A stretch of 64,000 nt of DNA, taken from the NCBI GenBank assembly GCA_036012755.1, contig DASCPX010000019.1, positions 1 to 64,000 of the forward strand. The letters run 5' to 3'. Each line of letters opens with the position of its first letter. Within the stretch, counting starts at the first letter, position 1. Source of the DNA: Myxococcota bacterium (GTDB lineage: Bacteria; Myxococcota_A; UBA796; CAJQPC01). Of the stretch, positions 46,344-55,382 are shown piece after piece. Position numbers and translations under genes: made by a program. Below the pieces are notes generated by a model, which was not told the DNA's origin, made no database searches, and worked only from the letters and a program-made list of their open reading frames with translations.

Positions 46344-46933
46344 CAGCCTTCCTCCATCTCGAGCAAGGAGTACGCGGCGACCTCGAGCTTCAAGTTCAAC
46401 ATCTTGTCACCCTTGACCTTCACTACCTTGAAGTTCGCGTTCGACACCCGCAAGGGGTAGCCGGTTGCCTCGATCTCATAGAGGAAGCTCACGGCCTGGT
46501 CGAGGGTGATGCGCGTGAGCGAGACGGTGTGGTTCTTCTGGACCAGCGAGCCGAGCTCCACGACCGAGTTCTCCCGGACGCTATCGAGGCTCTCGCGGAT
46601 CCCCGCCTTGCCGGCAGCCTGCTCCATGAAGGCCGACAGCGAGGTGGACTCGTGCTGCCGCAGCTCCTCCTCGATGTCTTCGAGCTGCACGCTCGCCGCG
46701 CTGTAGTCATCCTGGAGCTGGGTCACGTAGGCGAGGTCCGCGTGGCGCTGCTGGAGCTGGCTGTCGAGGTTGTCCAGGCTCGAGCTCATGAAGCTGAAGC
46801 CCCCTCCGACGAGAATGAGCAGAGCGAAGCCGCCCAGCCCCATCAACAGCTTGCGGTCACGAGCGGACATGCCGTCGAGGACCGCGTCGAGACGGGCCGT
46901 GAGGCCCTCGATCCGGCGTCGAATGGCGCTCAT
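46343..46933 (-). CDS. gspM: Type II secretion protein M
   Basis: S.RDR.LL followed by TM and coiled coil; operon position. Confidence 0.85.
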   Translation of the reverse strand: MSAIRRRIEGLTARLDAVLDGMSARDRKLLMGLGGFALLILVGGGFSFMSSSLDNLDSQLQQRHADLAYVTQLQDDYSAASVQLEDIEEELRQHESTSLSAFMEQAAGKAGIRESLDSVRENSVVELGSLVQKNHTVSLTRITLDQAVSFLYEIEATGYPLRVSNANFKVVKVKGDKMLNLKLEVAAYSLLEMEEG

Positions 46934-48558
46934 CCGTCCACCTCCTCTTCTTCTTCTTCTTCGAAGGGAATGGACATCGAGAACTTGATGCCGTCCCCGA
47001 CCTTGGTCTCGTCTGCCTTCTTGGCGTTGGAGAAGCGCTCCTCCTCGCGCAGGGCCGACTCGATGGTGGCCGCGGCCTCGTAGCCGGAGGTCTCGGCTCG
47101 GAAGCTCACCCCGGTGGCGTTGATGGTGAGCTCGCTGACGTTGATCGAGGCCTCCGTGGCCTCTGGGAGGGACCTCGACAGGTCGGTGAGCACGCTCAGT
47201 GTCGGCGGCTCTCCCCCGACGGTCGAGCCCAGCGCATCGACCTTGTCCACGACCTCGCTGGTCTTCTCCAACATGATGGCCTTCGCCATCGACGAGTCAG
47301 ATGCCCGCTCGGCGCTGACGTCCGGGAAGGTCTCCGTGACGACCGCGGCGATCTCGCCCTCGACCTCGAGGATCTGGGCCTGGTACTGAACGAAGCGGAC
47401 AACGAACAGGCCAGCCCCGACCAGGCAGAACATCAAGGCGGCGACAGCACCGAAGCCGAGCACAGTGCGCATCGTGGCGATGTCGCCCTTGTAGGCGAAC
47501 TCGTCCTTGCGGAACTGCAGCTCCTGCCCGCCGGTGAGCCCTGCGGCCCGAAGCGCCAGCGCGTGGGCAAGCGCGAAGCGGGACGGGTCGCCGAGGTCGT
47601 CTGCCTCCGTCGAGATGTGCACCCGACGAACCGGCACCCCGAGATTGTCGGCGATGAAGACCGGGAGGCCGTCGAGCGAGGCGCTGCCGCCGGACAGCAG
47701 GACCTCGTCCACGCCCACCTCCAGCTCGTCCTCCATGGCGATGAGGGTGGCCCGCAGGTGCGCCAGCAGCGGGCGAATGGCCGCGCGGAGGACGTCAGCC
47801 ACACCCCCGGGCTCCTTCTGCCTCAGCGAGCCCGGCTCTGTGAGGTCCTCGTCCTCCCACTCGACCTCGGCCTGCACCGCCGTGGAGAGCCTCGCAGCGT
47901 GCTTGGCACCCTCCGCGTCCTGCCAGCTGATGCCGAGCTCGTCTACGAGGGCCTGGGTCAGGACACCGCCTCCGATCGAGATGGCTCGGACCCCCAGGTG
48001 CTCCCCACCGCGACACAGGGCGACGAGCGTGCGCTCATGGCCGATGTCCACGATGGCCTGGATCCCGGCGCCGTCCCCGAAGGTGGCGAGGACATCGGCG
48101 TCGAGGACCACGTGGCGTGGGTCGACGGCGATCGCGGTGAGCGCTTCGAGGCGACTCGCCACGCGCTCCCGCGGGGCCAGGGCACAGAGCACCCGGCTCC
48201 CCTGCCCCGCCGCGTGGACCCGGTGGTCCAGGACGAAGTCCTCCAGGTCGAAGGGCACGTAGCCCTCGAGCTCGAAGGTCAGGGTCTTCTCGATACGATC
48301 CCCAGCCGAAAAGGGCAGGTGCACGTTGCGGACCGAGACCTCTTCGGCCGGGATGCCCACGGCGTAGGTGGTCGTGTCCTCCAGCTGGAGCTCGGAGAGC
48401 AGACCGGCGGCAGCCGCCAGGCGCGGCCCCAGGCCTTCATCTTCGGAGCTCACCGTTCGCACGCGGTAGTCGCGCACCTGGACCTTGCCCAGTCGTCCTT
48501 CCAGCACGGCCAGCTTGACCGTGTGGGATCCAAGGTCGATGCCAACGAGTGTCGCCAT
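46930..48558 (-). CDS. gspL: Type II secretion protein L (PilM/actin-like plus PilN-like)
   Basis: GIDLGS..VK, VDIG..RT and LSGG motifs, then TM and periplasmic domain. Confidence 0.88.
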   Translation of the reverse strand: MATLVGIDLGSHTVKLAVLEGRLGKVQVRDYRVRTVSSEDEGLGPRLAAAAGLLSELQLEDTTTYAVGIPAEEVSVRNVHLPFSAGDRIEKTLTFELEGYVPFDLEDFVLDHRVHAAGQGSRVLCALAPRERVASRLEALTAIAVDPRHVVLDADVLATFGDGAGIQAIVDIGHERTLVALCRGGEHLGVRAISIGGGVLTQALVDELGISWQDAEGAKHAARLSTAVQAEVEWEDEDLTEPGSLRQKEPGGVADVLRAAIRPLLAHLRATLIAMEDELEVGVDEVLLSGGSASLDGLPVFIADNLGVPVRRVHISTEADDLGDPSRFALAHALALRAAGLTGGQELQFRKDEFAYKGDIATMRTVLGFGAVAALMFCLVGAGLFVVRFVQYQAQILEVEGEIAAVVTETFPDVSAERASDSSMAKAIMLEKTSEVVDKVDALGSTVGGEPPTLSVLTDLSRSLPEATEASINVSELTINATGVSFRAETSGYEAAATIESALREEERFSNAKKADETKVGDGIKFSMSIPFEEEEEEEVDG

Positions 48559-49775
48559 CAGTCGATCCTCCAATACTTGATGCGTCCAACCTTGCTGCTC
48601 GAGAAGTCCAGCACGCAGACCGCGGTAGCGCTGGAGTTCCCCACCATGCCGGTGCTCTCGATCCTGAACGTCTCGGAGCTTGTCTTGACCGCGTCCTTCA
48701 GATCGAGCCCCTCGCGAACCGAGTAGTTCGTCATGTCCACGATCCAGTCCTCGAACTCCTTCGCCTTCGTGAAGTCGACGATCATCGTCTGGTCCCGCAT
48801 CTGCTGGAGCAGGCGATCCGCCTCGTAGTCGGTCACGGTGGGCTCGAGGTAGGCCTTGAAGAGGCCCTTCAGCATGTCGTCGCTGGCGGTGTTGATGTTG
48901 ATCTTGCCCGGCCCGAAGACCGTGATTTCGTCGCCGAAGCGCTCATAGACGTCGTCCTGCCAGCCCTCGACCAGCCGGATCTCGTCCTGGGTGTCGAAGC
49001 GTGCGTTCTTCGACAGATAGGGCGAGTCCAGGCTGTTGTAGAGGTTGTCCTCGTAGCCACCTCGCCAGATGCGGTTGGTGTCCTGGTCGATCCAGTCCGC
49101 CATGTCGGCGATGAGCTCCCAGCGCTCGATGTCCTTGTCGTAGAACCACTGATCGTGGGCCTCGCCAGACATCAACCCGTAGAGCTGGACCGCGATGGGA
49201 TCGGTCTGGAGCGTGGCCAGCGTGCAGGTGCCGTCACAGGTCCTGCCCAGGCGGTTCACGTTGATCTTGCGGTCTTCGTCGCTGATCTCGGCGGCGAAGT
49301 CGCCGTCGAAGTCCAGGAAGGACTTGTCCGAGAAGCGGCCGGTCCCCCGACTCTCCTCGCGCTGCTCTTCCGTGAGCCCCTCCTCTGCGAAGTCCTCGAG
49401 CTCGTCGTCGTCCACGCTGCCGCCGCTCACGAAGAACATGCGCAACAGACCGGTGTTGATGGCCGGGATCATCTGCCACAGGGCGTCACCGAAGTTGAAG
49501 CCCGGCGCCATGCCGCCCATGGAGTCGCCCAGGCTCTCTCCCAGCTGCTTGTTCGCGACCAGGATGAGCCGGTAGATGGCGATGCCGGATTGTGCGAGGT
49601 AGTCCGCGGCGATCTCGTCGCGAGCGTGCGCCGTCTTGAGGAACCGCACCCGCGAGGAGTAGGCGATCTCGGTCACCAGCACCGTCATGAACAACAACGT
49701 CGTGAGCACCATCAACAAGGCGATACCTCGCTGATCCACGCGCTTTCCACGTCCGTGCCGGCGGGTGAGCTTCAC
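48558..49775 (-). CDS. gspK: Minor pseudopilin K
   Basis: QRG|IALLMVL, DE.RKINVN, DWID.D and ININTA motifs. Confidence 0.92.
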   Translation of the reverse strand: MKLTRRHGRGKRVDQRGIALLMVLTTLLFMTVLVTEIAYSSRVRFLKTAHARDEIAADYLAQSGIAIYRLILVANKQLGESLGDSMGGMAPGFNFGDALWQMIPAINTGLLRMFFVSGGSVDDDELEDFAEEGLTEEQREESRGTGRFSDKSFLDFDGDFAAEISDEDRKINVNRLGRTCDGTCTLATLQTDPIAVQLYGLMSGEAHDQWFYDKDIERWELIADMADWIDQDTNRIWRGGYEDNLYNSLDSPYLSKNARFDTQDEIRLVEGWQDDVYERFGDEITVFGPGKININTASDDMLKGLFKAYLEPTVTDYEADRLLQQMRDQTMIVDFTKAKEFEDWIVDMTNYSVREGLDLKDAVKTSSETFRIESTGMVGNSSATAVCVLDFSSSKVGRIKYWRID

Positions 49776-50518
49776 TGGGCGAGGTCCCCCGGTCCGGTGC
49801 CGGCGCCGACGTTCTCGTCCTCTTCGTCCTGCCCGGAGAACAGGTCACAGCGGGCCCGCTTGCCGTACTGGAGCAACACGGTGGTGGCGTATGAGCGCTC
49901 CACGAGTTCCTCGTTGTCCGCGTCGTCGGGATCGGGGCCCATGACACCAAGCACGATCTGAGCCGCGCGAGGGAGGCGCCCGTCCTGCTCGGTCGAGGTG
50001 CTGTCCCACTCATCCGCCCACTCGCAGGTCGTGGGATCGAGGAAGCGGATGGTGAACCGCGTCACACCGTAGGCAAGGGGGTAGATGACACCGTCCTTGT
50101 CGGGCTCGTGGTCGATCCGCGGTGCCTCCCGGTGCATGAGCACATAGGCGCCCTCCATCTCCGGGTCGTCCTCGGCCCAGATCGAGATCTCGGACTGGTC
50201 GGACTCGCGAGAGTTCCGGTAGAGGCGCTGGTGAGCCAGCGTGGCGAACCACAGGTTGTCGACTGGGGTCTCGTCCTTGGCGACGAAGACCGTCACGTAG
50301 CTGTTGGGGACCTGGGTGTTGAAGGTCAGGTAGGCGAGCTCCAGCTCTCGCGTGACCGTGTCGAGTGCCACCCGCACGGACTGCTGGTGGGCGTCGTTCT
50401 CCGACAGCAGCTCGCGCGCCTGCAGCGTGTTCGAGAGCGTGGCGATGGTGATCGTGCCGATGACCGCCAGGATGCCCAGGGCAACCATGACCTCGACCAG
50501 GGTCATCGCCTTGCGCAT
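49772..50518 (-). CDS. gspJ: Minor pseudopilin J
   Basis: A|MTLVEVMVAL, W.DEWDS and LPRA motifs. Confidence 0.88.
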   Translation of the reverse strand: MRKAMTLVEVMVALGILAVIGTITIATLSNTLQARELLSENDAHQQSVRVALDTVTRELELAYLTFNTQVPNSYVTVFVAKDETPVDNLWFATLAHQRLYRNSRESDQSEISIWAEDDPEMEGAYVLMHREAPRIDHEPDKDGVIYPLAYGVTRFTIRFLDPTTCEWADEWDSTSTEQDGRLPRAAQIVLGVMGPDPDDADNEELVERSYATTVLLQYGKRARCDLFSGQDEEDENVGAGTGPGDLAQ

Positions 50519-51147
50519 CACTGCACCGCCGGGACGACCTGGCCGGTCGGGTTGACGATGTGGGTGACGAGCTCGATGTAGTCGCCGGTGTCCTCGTAGT
50601 CCTCGCCACCCCACCAGACGATGACCCGGACCTCGCGGATGTAGGGAGAGAGGTAGTCCGAGAGCATGTCCTGGCTGACGCCGAGGTCGTCGAGGCCCAT
50701 GCCCTGGTCCTCTTCCTCGGGAGCGGAGCTGGTCTCTTCCTGCTCGCCCCAGTAGCCGCTGCCAGACAGGGAGTCCGCCATGGACGCCATGTCACCGTCG
50801 AGTGTGAGCTCGACCTCGCGCACGGTGTAGGCCCAGTAGTACCCCTCGAAGCTCATCGTGTTGACGTCCCCCCACTGACCGTCGAGACCGCCCGCAGTGA
50901 AGCCGCCGAAGATGCCCTCCTCGAAGTCGCCCTCCTCCTCGATGGTGCCCTCCTGGAAGCCCTCGGACTCGACCAGGAGCAGGGTCTGGGACATCTTCTC
51001 CTTGGCCAACATCGTCGCCGTCGTCATCTTCTGGGACTCGAGCGTCATGATGTAGGCGGTGGTCTGGGAGTTCACGAGCACGAACAGCGAACCGGCGAGG
51101 ATGGCCAGGGCGACCATCACCTCGAGCAGGGAGAAGCCGCGGCGCAT
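50518..51147 (-). CDS. gspI: Minor pseudopilin I
   Basis: RRG|FSLLEVMVALAI prepilin motif. Confidence 0.85.
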   Translation of the reverse strand: MRRGFSLLEVMVALAILAGSLFVLVNSQTTAYIMTLESQKMTTATMLAKEKMSQTLLLVESEGFQEGTIEEEGDFEEGIFGGFTAGGLDGQWGDVNTMSFEGYYWAYTVREVELTLDGDMASMADSLSGSGYWGEQEETSSAPEEEDQGMGLDDLGVSQDMLSDYLSPYIREVRVIVWWGGEDYEDTGDYIELVTHIVNPTGQVVPAVQ

Positions 51148-51890
51148 CACAGATCCAGCTCCGGCCCTTCATCGGGGAGCCAGTCCATCGAGTCCTCTGG
51201 CTCGACGATCTCGTGTGTGACGAGCACCCGGCCGCTCAGGGGCTCGACCTCGATGGTCATGCCGTCTTCGGGGTCGTCGACGTCGTGGACGCGCAGCACC
51301 GTGTGCTCGCTGAAGCCGTTGGGGAAGATGTAGCTGTAGACGATGTTCCGTTCGTCCTCGTCGAGCTCCTCCAGTTCGGCCTCGTCGGCTTCGCGGAGGT
51401 CGCGCTCCATCTCGACGGCCTCGCCGTACTGAGGCGTGTAGACCCACGCGAGCACGGAGCCCCGGGGTACCTCGACGGTGGTGTTGAGGGCGTCGTCCTC
51501 GAGCCCGGAGAAGCGCTTCTCCATGAGGCGCTGCAGCTCGGCGTCCTCTGCGTCGGCCTCCTCCAGCTCGCGCTCCGTGTATTGGTCCATCTTGTCGGCG
51601 AGGTCCTCTTCGTAGTCCTGCAGGTCCTCTGGGTTGGTGAAGATGAGGGTGTTGGGGTCACCCGCCTCGATCGTGTAGGTCTGCTTGTCGAGATCGAAGG
51701 CGATCCGGAAGGTCACGTTCCGCATGGCCGCTTCGTCGTGGAGGAACCGGTAGGTCTGGGCCAGCTCGTTCGTGAAGCCGGTCTGCTGGAGCGCCAGGGC
51801 GTTGCTCACCGCCGGGATCGAGACCATCATCACCACCGCGAGGATCGCGATGACCACCATGATCTCGAGCAGCGTGAACGCCCGGGACAT
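51147..51890 (-). CDS. gspH: Minor pseudopilin H
   Basis: RA|FTLLEIMVV and F.NG motifs. Confidence 0.85.
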   Translation of the reverse strand: MSRAFTLLEIMVVIAILAVVMMVSIPAVSNALALQQTGFTNELAQTYRFLHDEAAMRNVTFRIAFDLDKQTYTIEAGDPNTLIFTNPEDLQDYEEDLADKMDQYTERELEEADAEDAELQRLMEKRFSGLEDDALNTTVEVPRGSVLAWVYTPQYGEAVEMERDLREADEAELEELDEDERNIVYSYIFPNGFSEHTVLRVHDVDDPEDGMTIEVEPLSGRVLVTHEIVEPEDSMDWLPDEGPELDL

Positions 51891-51985
51891 CAGAGCACAC
51901 CCATCACGATCCAGACCAGCGGCACGGCGGCCAGCAGGCAGCCGAAGAGACCGATGAGGACGATGTAGACGTGGTCACGAAGCAT
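51890..51985 (-). CDS. 31-aa single-pass membrane microprotein
   Basis: MLRDHVYIVLIGLFGCLLAAVPLVWIVMGVL*. Starts 4 nt after the gspG stop; its TGA overlaps the gspH ATG. Confidence 0.7.
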   Translation of the reverse strand: MLRDHVYIVLIGLFGCLLAAVPLVWIVMGVL

Positions 51986-51989
51986 CGGG

Positions 51990-52433
51990 CTACCAGTCGC
52001 AGGTCTCATCGGAGAGCTCCCAGCTCTTGATGTCGGCGTTGGCCCCTTCACCGCCCTCCGCGCTGTCCTTTCCGAGGCTGATGAGCTCGTAGTCCTTACC
52101 GCTGGTGGTGCCGGGGCTGTAGTACTGGAAGGTGTTCTGCCAGCCGTCCCTCGGGACCTCGCCGGTGCCGAAGTACTTCGCCGCGACCTCCATCCCGTCA
52201 GAGGTCGAGGGGAACTTGCCCTTGTGCTTCGCCGCGTAGGCCTGCAGGCCCTGATCGGCAGTGCCCATCGAGATCTTGGTGGTCTCGCAGGTGGCCTCGT
52301 CGAGCTTGCCGACGACCTGGAAACCGACGATGGCCATCAAGCTTCCGAGGATGGCGATGACGACCATGATCTCGACCAGGGTCAGGCCCCTCTGCGAGCG
52401 GACGGTGTTGAGAAAGAGACTGTTGTTCTTCAT
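51990..52433 (-). CDS. gspG: Major pseudopilin G
   Basis: QRG|LTLVEIMVV, P.DGW...F.Y and S.G.D..EGGEG..ADI motifs. Confidence 0.93.
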   Translation of the reverse strand: MKNNSLFLNTVRSQRGLTLVEIMVVIAILGSLMAIVGFQVVGKLDEATCETTKISMGTADQGLQAYAAKHKGKFPSTSDGMEVAAKYFGTGEVPRDGWQNTFQYYSPGTTSGKDYELISLGKDSAEGGEGANADIKSWELSDETCDW

Positions 52434-52437
52434 GTGA

Positions 52438-53685
52438 CTACCCAGCCAGGTTGGAGATGTTGAGCATCGGCAAGAGAATCGCCAGGGCCACGAAGGCCAC
52501 GACGCCGCCCATGCCGATGATGAGGACAGGTTCGAGGAGCGACGTCAGCGCGTTGACGGTGTTGTCGACTTCCGTCTCGTAGGCGTCGGCGACCTTGTCG
52601 AGCATCGGCTCGAGCTCGCCGGTCCTCTCGCCGATGGCGATCATGTGGGTGACCATCGGGGGGAAGTGGCCGCTGGCCTTGAGCGGCACGGCCAGAGACT
52701 GGCCCTCCGTGACGTTTCGCGCGGCCTCCCTGATGGCCGCCTCCATGACCTTGTTCTGGACCACCGTCGCGACGATGTTCATGGCCGTCAGGATCGGCAC
52801 GCCAGAAGACAGCAGGGTCGACATGGTGCGGCAGAAGCGAGACACGGCGACGACGCGGTTGATGCGGCCGAAGACCGGCAGCCTGAGCATGAGCCCGTCG
52901 AGCTTCTCCTGGTTCTCCGGGCTCTTCCTCTTCCAGCGGCGGAAGCCGTAGGCGCCGCCCACGGCGACGATGAGGATGGCCCACCAGTAGCCAGCGACGA
53001 AGTCCGAGATCGACAGCAGGACCTCTGTGACGAAGGGCAGATCCGCGCCGAAGCTGTCGAAGACCTTTCGGATCTTCGGGATCACGAAGACGAACAGACC
53101 GGTGACGATGGCGAGCCCGACCAGGCTCATCAGGATCGGGTAGATCATCGCGCTGACGAGCTTCCCGCGCAGCTTGACGCTGGCCTCCGTGTACTCGGTG
53201 AGGCGCTTCAGCACCGTGTCGAGGGCGCCGGCCTGCTCCCCGGCCTTGACCATGTTGACGTACAGATTGTCGAAGATGTGAGGGTAGCCCTCCATCGCCT
53301 TGCCGAGGCTGTCCCCCTCGTTGACCTTGTCGCGCACCTCCGCGAGCACGACCCGCGCCGTCTCGTTCTCGACCTGGTCGATCATGGCCGTGAGCGCCTC
53401 GATCATCGGGATGCCCGCGTTGATCAGGGTCGACAGCTGGGACGTCATCGTCGACAGCTCGGTGGTCGAGATGCCCGAGCGTCCGAAGAGCTTGGAGAAG
53501 TCGACCTCGACCGACAGCCCCTTGCCGCGGGTGGCCGACTGTCCAGACTTCTGCTCGTTGATCTCGGTGGGGAAGACGCCCTGCTTGCGCAGCTTGGAGC
53601 GCGCCACCTTCGCCGCGTCGGCGTCGATGATGCCCTGGACGGACTTGCCACCTGCGTCGAAGCCCCGGTACTCGAAGACGGCCAT
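52438..53685 (-). CDS. gspF: T2SS inner-membrane platform protein F
   Basis: AGE.AG.LD.VL.RL, AMIYP and GE.TGEL..ML motifs. Confidence 0.96.
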   Translation of the reverse strand: MAVFEYRGFDAGGKSVQGIIDADAAKVARSKLRKQGVFPTEINEQKSGQSATRGKGLSVEVDFSKLFGRSGISTTELSTMTSQLSTLINAGIPMIEALTAMIDQVENETARVVLAEVRDKVNEGDSLGKAMEGYPHIFDNLYVNMVKAGEQAGALDTVLKRLTEYTEASVKLRGKLVSAMIYPILMSLVGLAIVTGLFVFVIPKIRKVFDSFGADLPFVTEVLLSISDFVAGYWWAILIVAVGGAYGFRRWKRKSPENQEKLDGLMLRLPVFGRINRVVAVSRFCRTMSTLLSSGVPILTAMNIVATVVQNKVMEAAIREAARNVTEGQSLAVPLKASGHFPPMVTHMIAIGERTGELEPMLDKVADAYETEVDNTVNALTSLLEPVLIIGMGGVVAFVALAILLPMLNISNLAG

Positions 53686-55382
53686 TACCGACTGTCCTCC
53701 TGGGTGACACGCATGACCTCCTCGAAGGAGGTGTCGCCCTCGAGGGCCTTTCGGATGCCGTCGTCGCGGAGCGTCTTCATGCCCTGCTCGACCGCGATGC
53801 TCTTGATCTTGCCCCCGTCAGCGCCTGACATGACACAGTTCTTCACGGCGTCGTTGACGACGAGGACCTCGTAGATGCCCGTGCGACCGCGGTAGCCGGT
53901 GTTCAGGCACACAGGACAGCCCCTCGCCCGGTAGACCCGGTGCCCGAGGACGTCCGCGGCGGAGAGCTCCAGGTCGCGGAGCTCCTCTGCGGAGGGCTGG
54001 TACTGCTCCTTGCAGTCCAGGCAGAGCCGCCGCACGAGGCGCTGAGCCAGGACCATCAACAGCGAGGACGCAACGAGGAACTCCTCGACGCCCATGTCGA
54101 TCAGGCGCGGAAAGGCACCGGGCGCGTCGTTCGTGTGCAGTGTAGAGAAGACCAGGTGGCCTGTGAGCGAGGCCTGGACGGCGTTGTCCGCCGTCTCCTT
54201 GTCGCGGATCTCACCGACGAGGATGACGTCCGGATCCTGCCGGAGGTGGGCGCGCAGGGCCGACGCGAAGGTCAGCTTGATCTTCGGGTTGACCTGGGTC
54301 TGGCCGATGCCACGCAGCTCGTACTCGATCGGGTCCTCGATGGTGAGGATGTTGAGGTCCGGCGCGTTGATCTCGGAGAGCGCCGAGTACAGCGTGGTGG
54401 TCTTCCCCGAGCCCGTCGGACCGGTGACGAGGATGATGCCGTGGGGCCGCCGGATGTAGCCGCGGAAGACATCCAGCGAGTCCTGGGACATGCCGACGGC
54501 GTCCAGCGAGAACACCGTGCCCTTCTCGAGGATGCGCATCACCACGCGCTCGCCGTGGCGGACGGGCAGGGTCGAGACGCGCAGGTCGACCTCGCGCCCG
54601 GCCATGCGGATGCGGATGCGGCCGTCCTGCGGGATGCGCTTCTCGGCGATGTTCAGGCCGGCCATGATCTTGATGCGCGAGACGATCGAGGCCTGCAGGC
54701 GTGGCGGAGGCTTGACGATCTCGTAGAGCACGCCGTCGATGCGGAAGCGGACCGCGAGCTCCTTCTCGAAGGGCTCGATGTGGATGTCGCTGGCCCGGTC
54801 CTTGATCGCCTGGGTCAACAGCGAGTTCACGAAGCGGATGATGGGGGCCTGGTTCGGGTCGTCGAGGATGTCCTCCTCGAGGTTCAGGTCCACCGCCCCG
54901 TCGCCCTGCTCCTCTTCGACCTCGGAGAGCACGGCCTCGGCAGAGCGGGCGGCCTTGTCGAAGGCCTTGCCGATGGCATTCCGCAGCACGTCTGCGGGCA
55001 CGAGCACCGCCCGGATCGGGCAGCCGAAGACGACGCGGAGGTCGTCGATCGCCGAGAGCCCGCCTGGGGACGCGATGCCCGCGACCACGGAGCCGTTGTC
55101 GCGCCACAGCGGCAGCACGCCCTGCTCCCGAGCGAGCCCCAAGGGCAGCCGACGGACGAGCTCGATCTCGACGCGCTCGACGTCGATCTCCTCCAACAGC
55201 AGCAGGCCCGTGAGCGTGGCGATGCCGCGGCTGACCTCGGCCTGGGGGACCGGGGCCCGCTGCACGGCCTCGACGAAGGTGCTGCCGGACTTCTCCGCGG
55301 CCTTCCGCGCCTCGGCGAGGCGATCGGCGCCGACCCCCTGCTCGAGCAGGAGCTCATCCAGTGAGCGGCGTCGGATGGCCAC
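53685..55382 (-). CDS. gspE: T2SS ATPase E
   Basis: ASDIHIEP, GPTGSGKTTT, LRQDPD and TGHLV.STLH motifs. Confidence 0.97.
   Translation of the reverse strand: MAIRRRSLDELLLEQGVGADRLAEARKAAEKSGSTFVEAVQRAPVPQAEVSRGIATLTGLLLLEEIDVERVEIELVRRLPLGLAREQGVLPLWRDNGSVVAGIASPGGLSAIDDLRVVFGCPIRAVLVPADVLRNAIGKAFDKAARSAEAVLSEVEEEQGDGAVDLNLEEDILDDPNQAPIIRFVNSLLTQAIKDRASDIHIEPFEKELAVRFRIDGVLYEIVKPPPRLQASIVSRIKIMAGLNIAEKRIPQDGRIRIRMAGREVDLRVSTLPVRHGERVVMRILEKGTVFSLDAVGMSQDSLDVFRGYIRRPHGIILVTGPTGSGKTTTLYSALSEINAPDLNILTIEDPIEYELRGIGQTQVNPKIKLTFASALRAHLRQDPDVILVGEIRDKETADNAVQASLTGHLVFSTLHTNDAPGAFPRLIDMGVEEFLVASSLLMVLAQRLVRRLCLDCKEQYQPSAEELRDLELSAADVLGHRVYRARGCPVCLNTGYRGRTGIYEVLVVNDAVKNCVMSGADGGKIKSIAVEQGMKTLRDDGIRKALEGDTSFEEVMRVTQEDSR

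Noticed and set aside
46930..55382. Type IV pilus or Tad system instead of T2SS
   Set aside because: The gspC-to-N order with GspK and GspC motifs and no pilT indicates T2SS.
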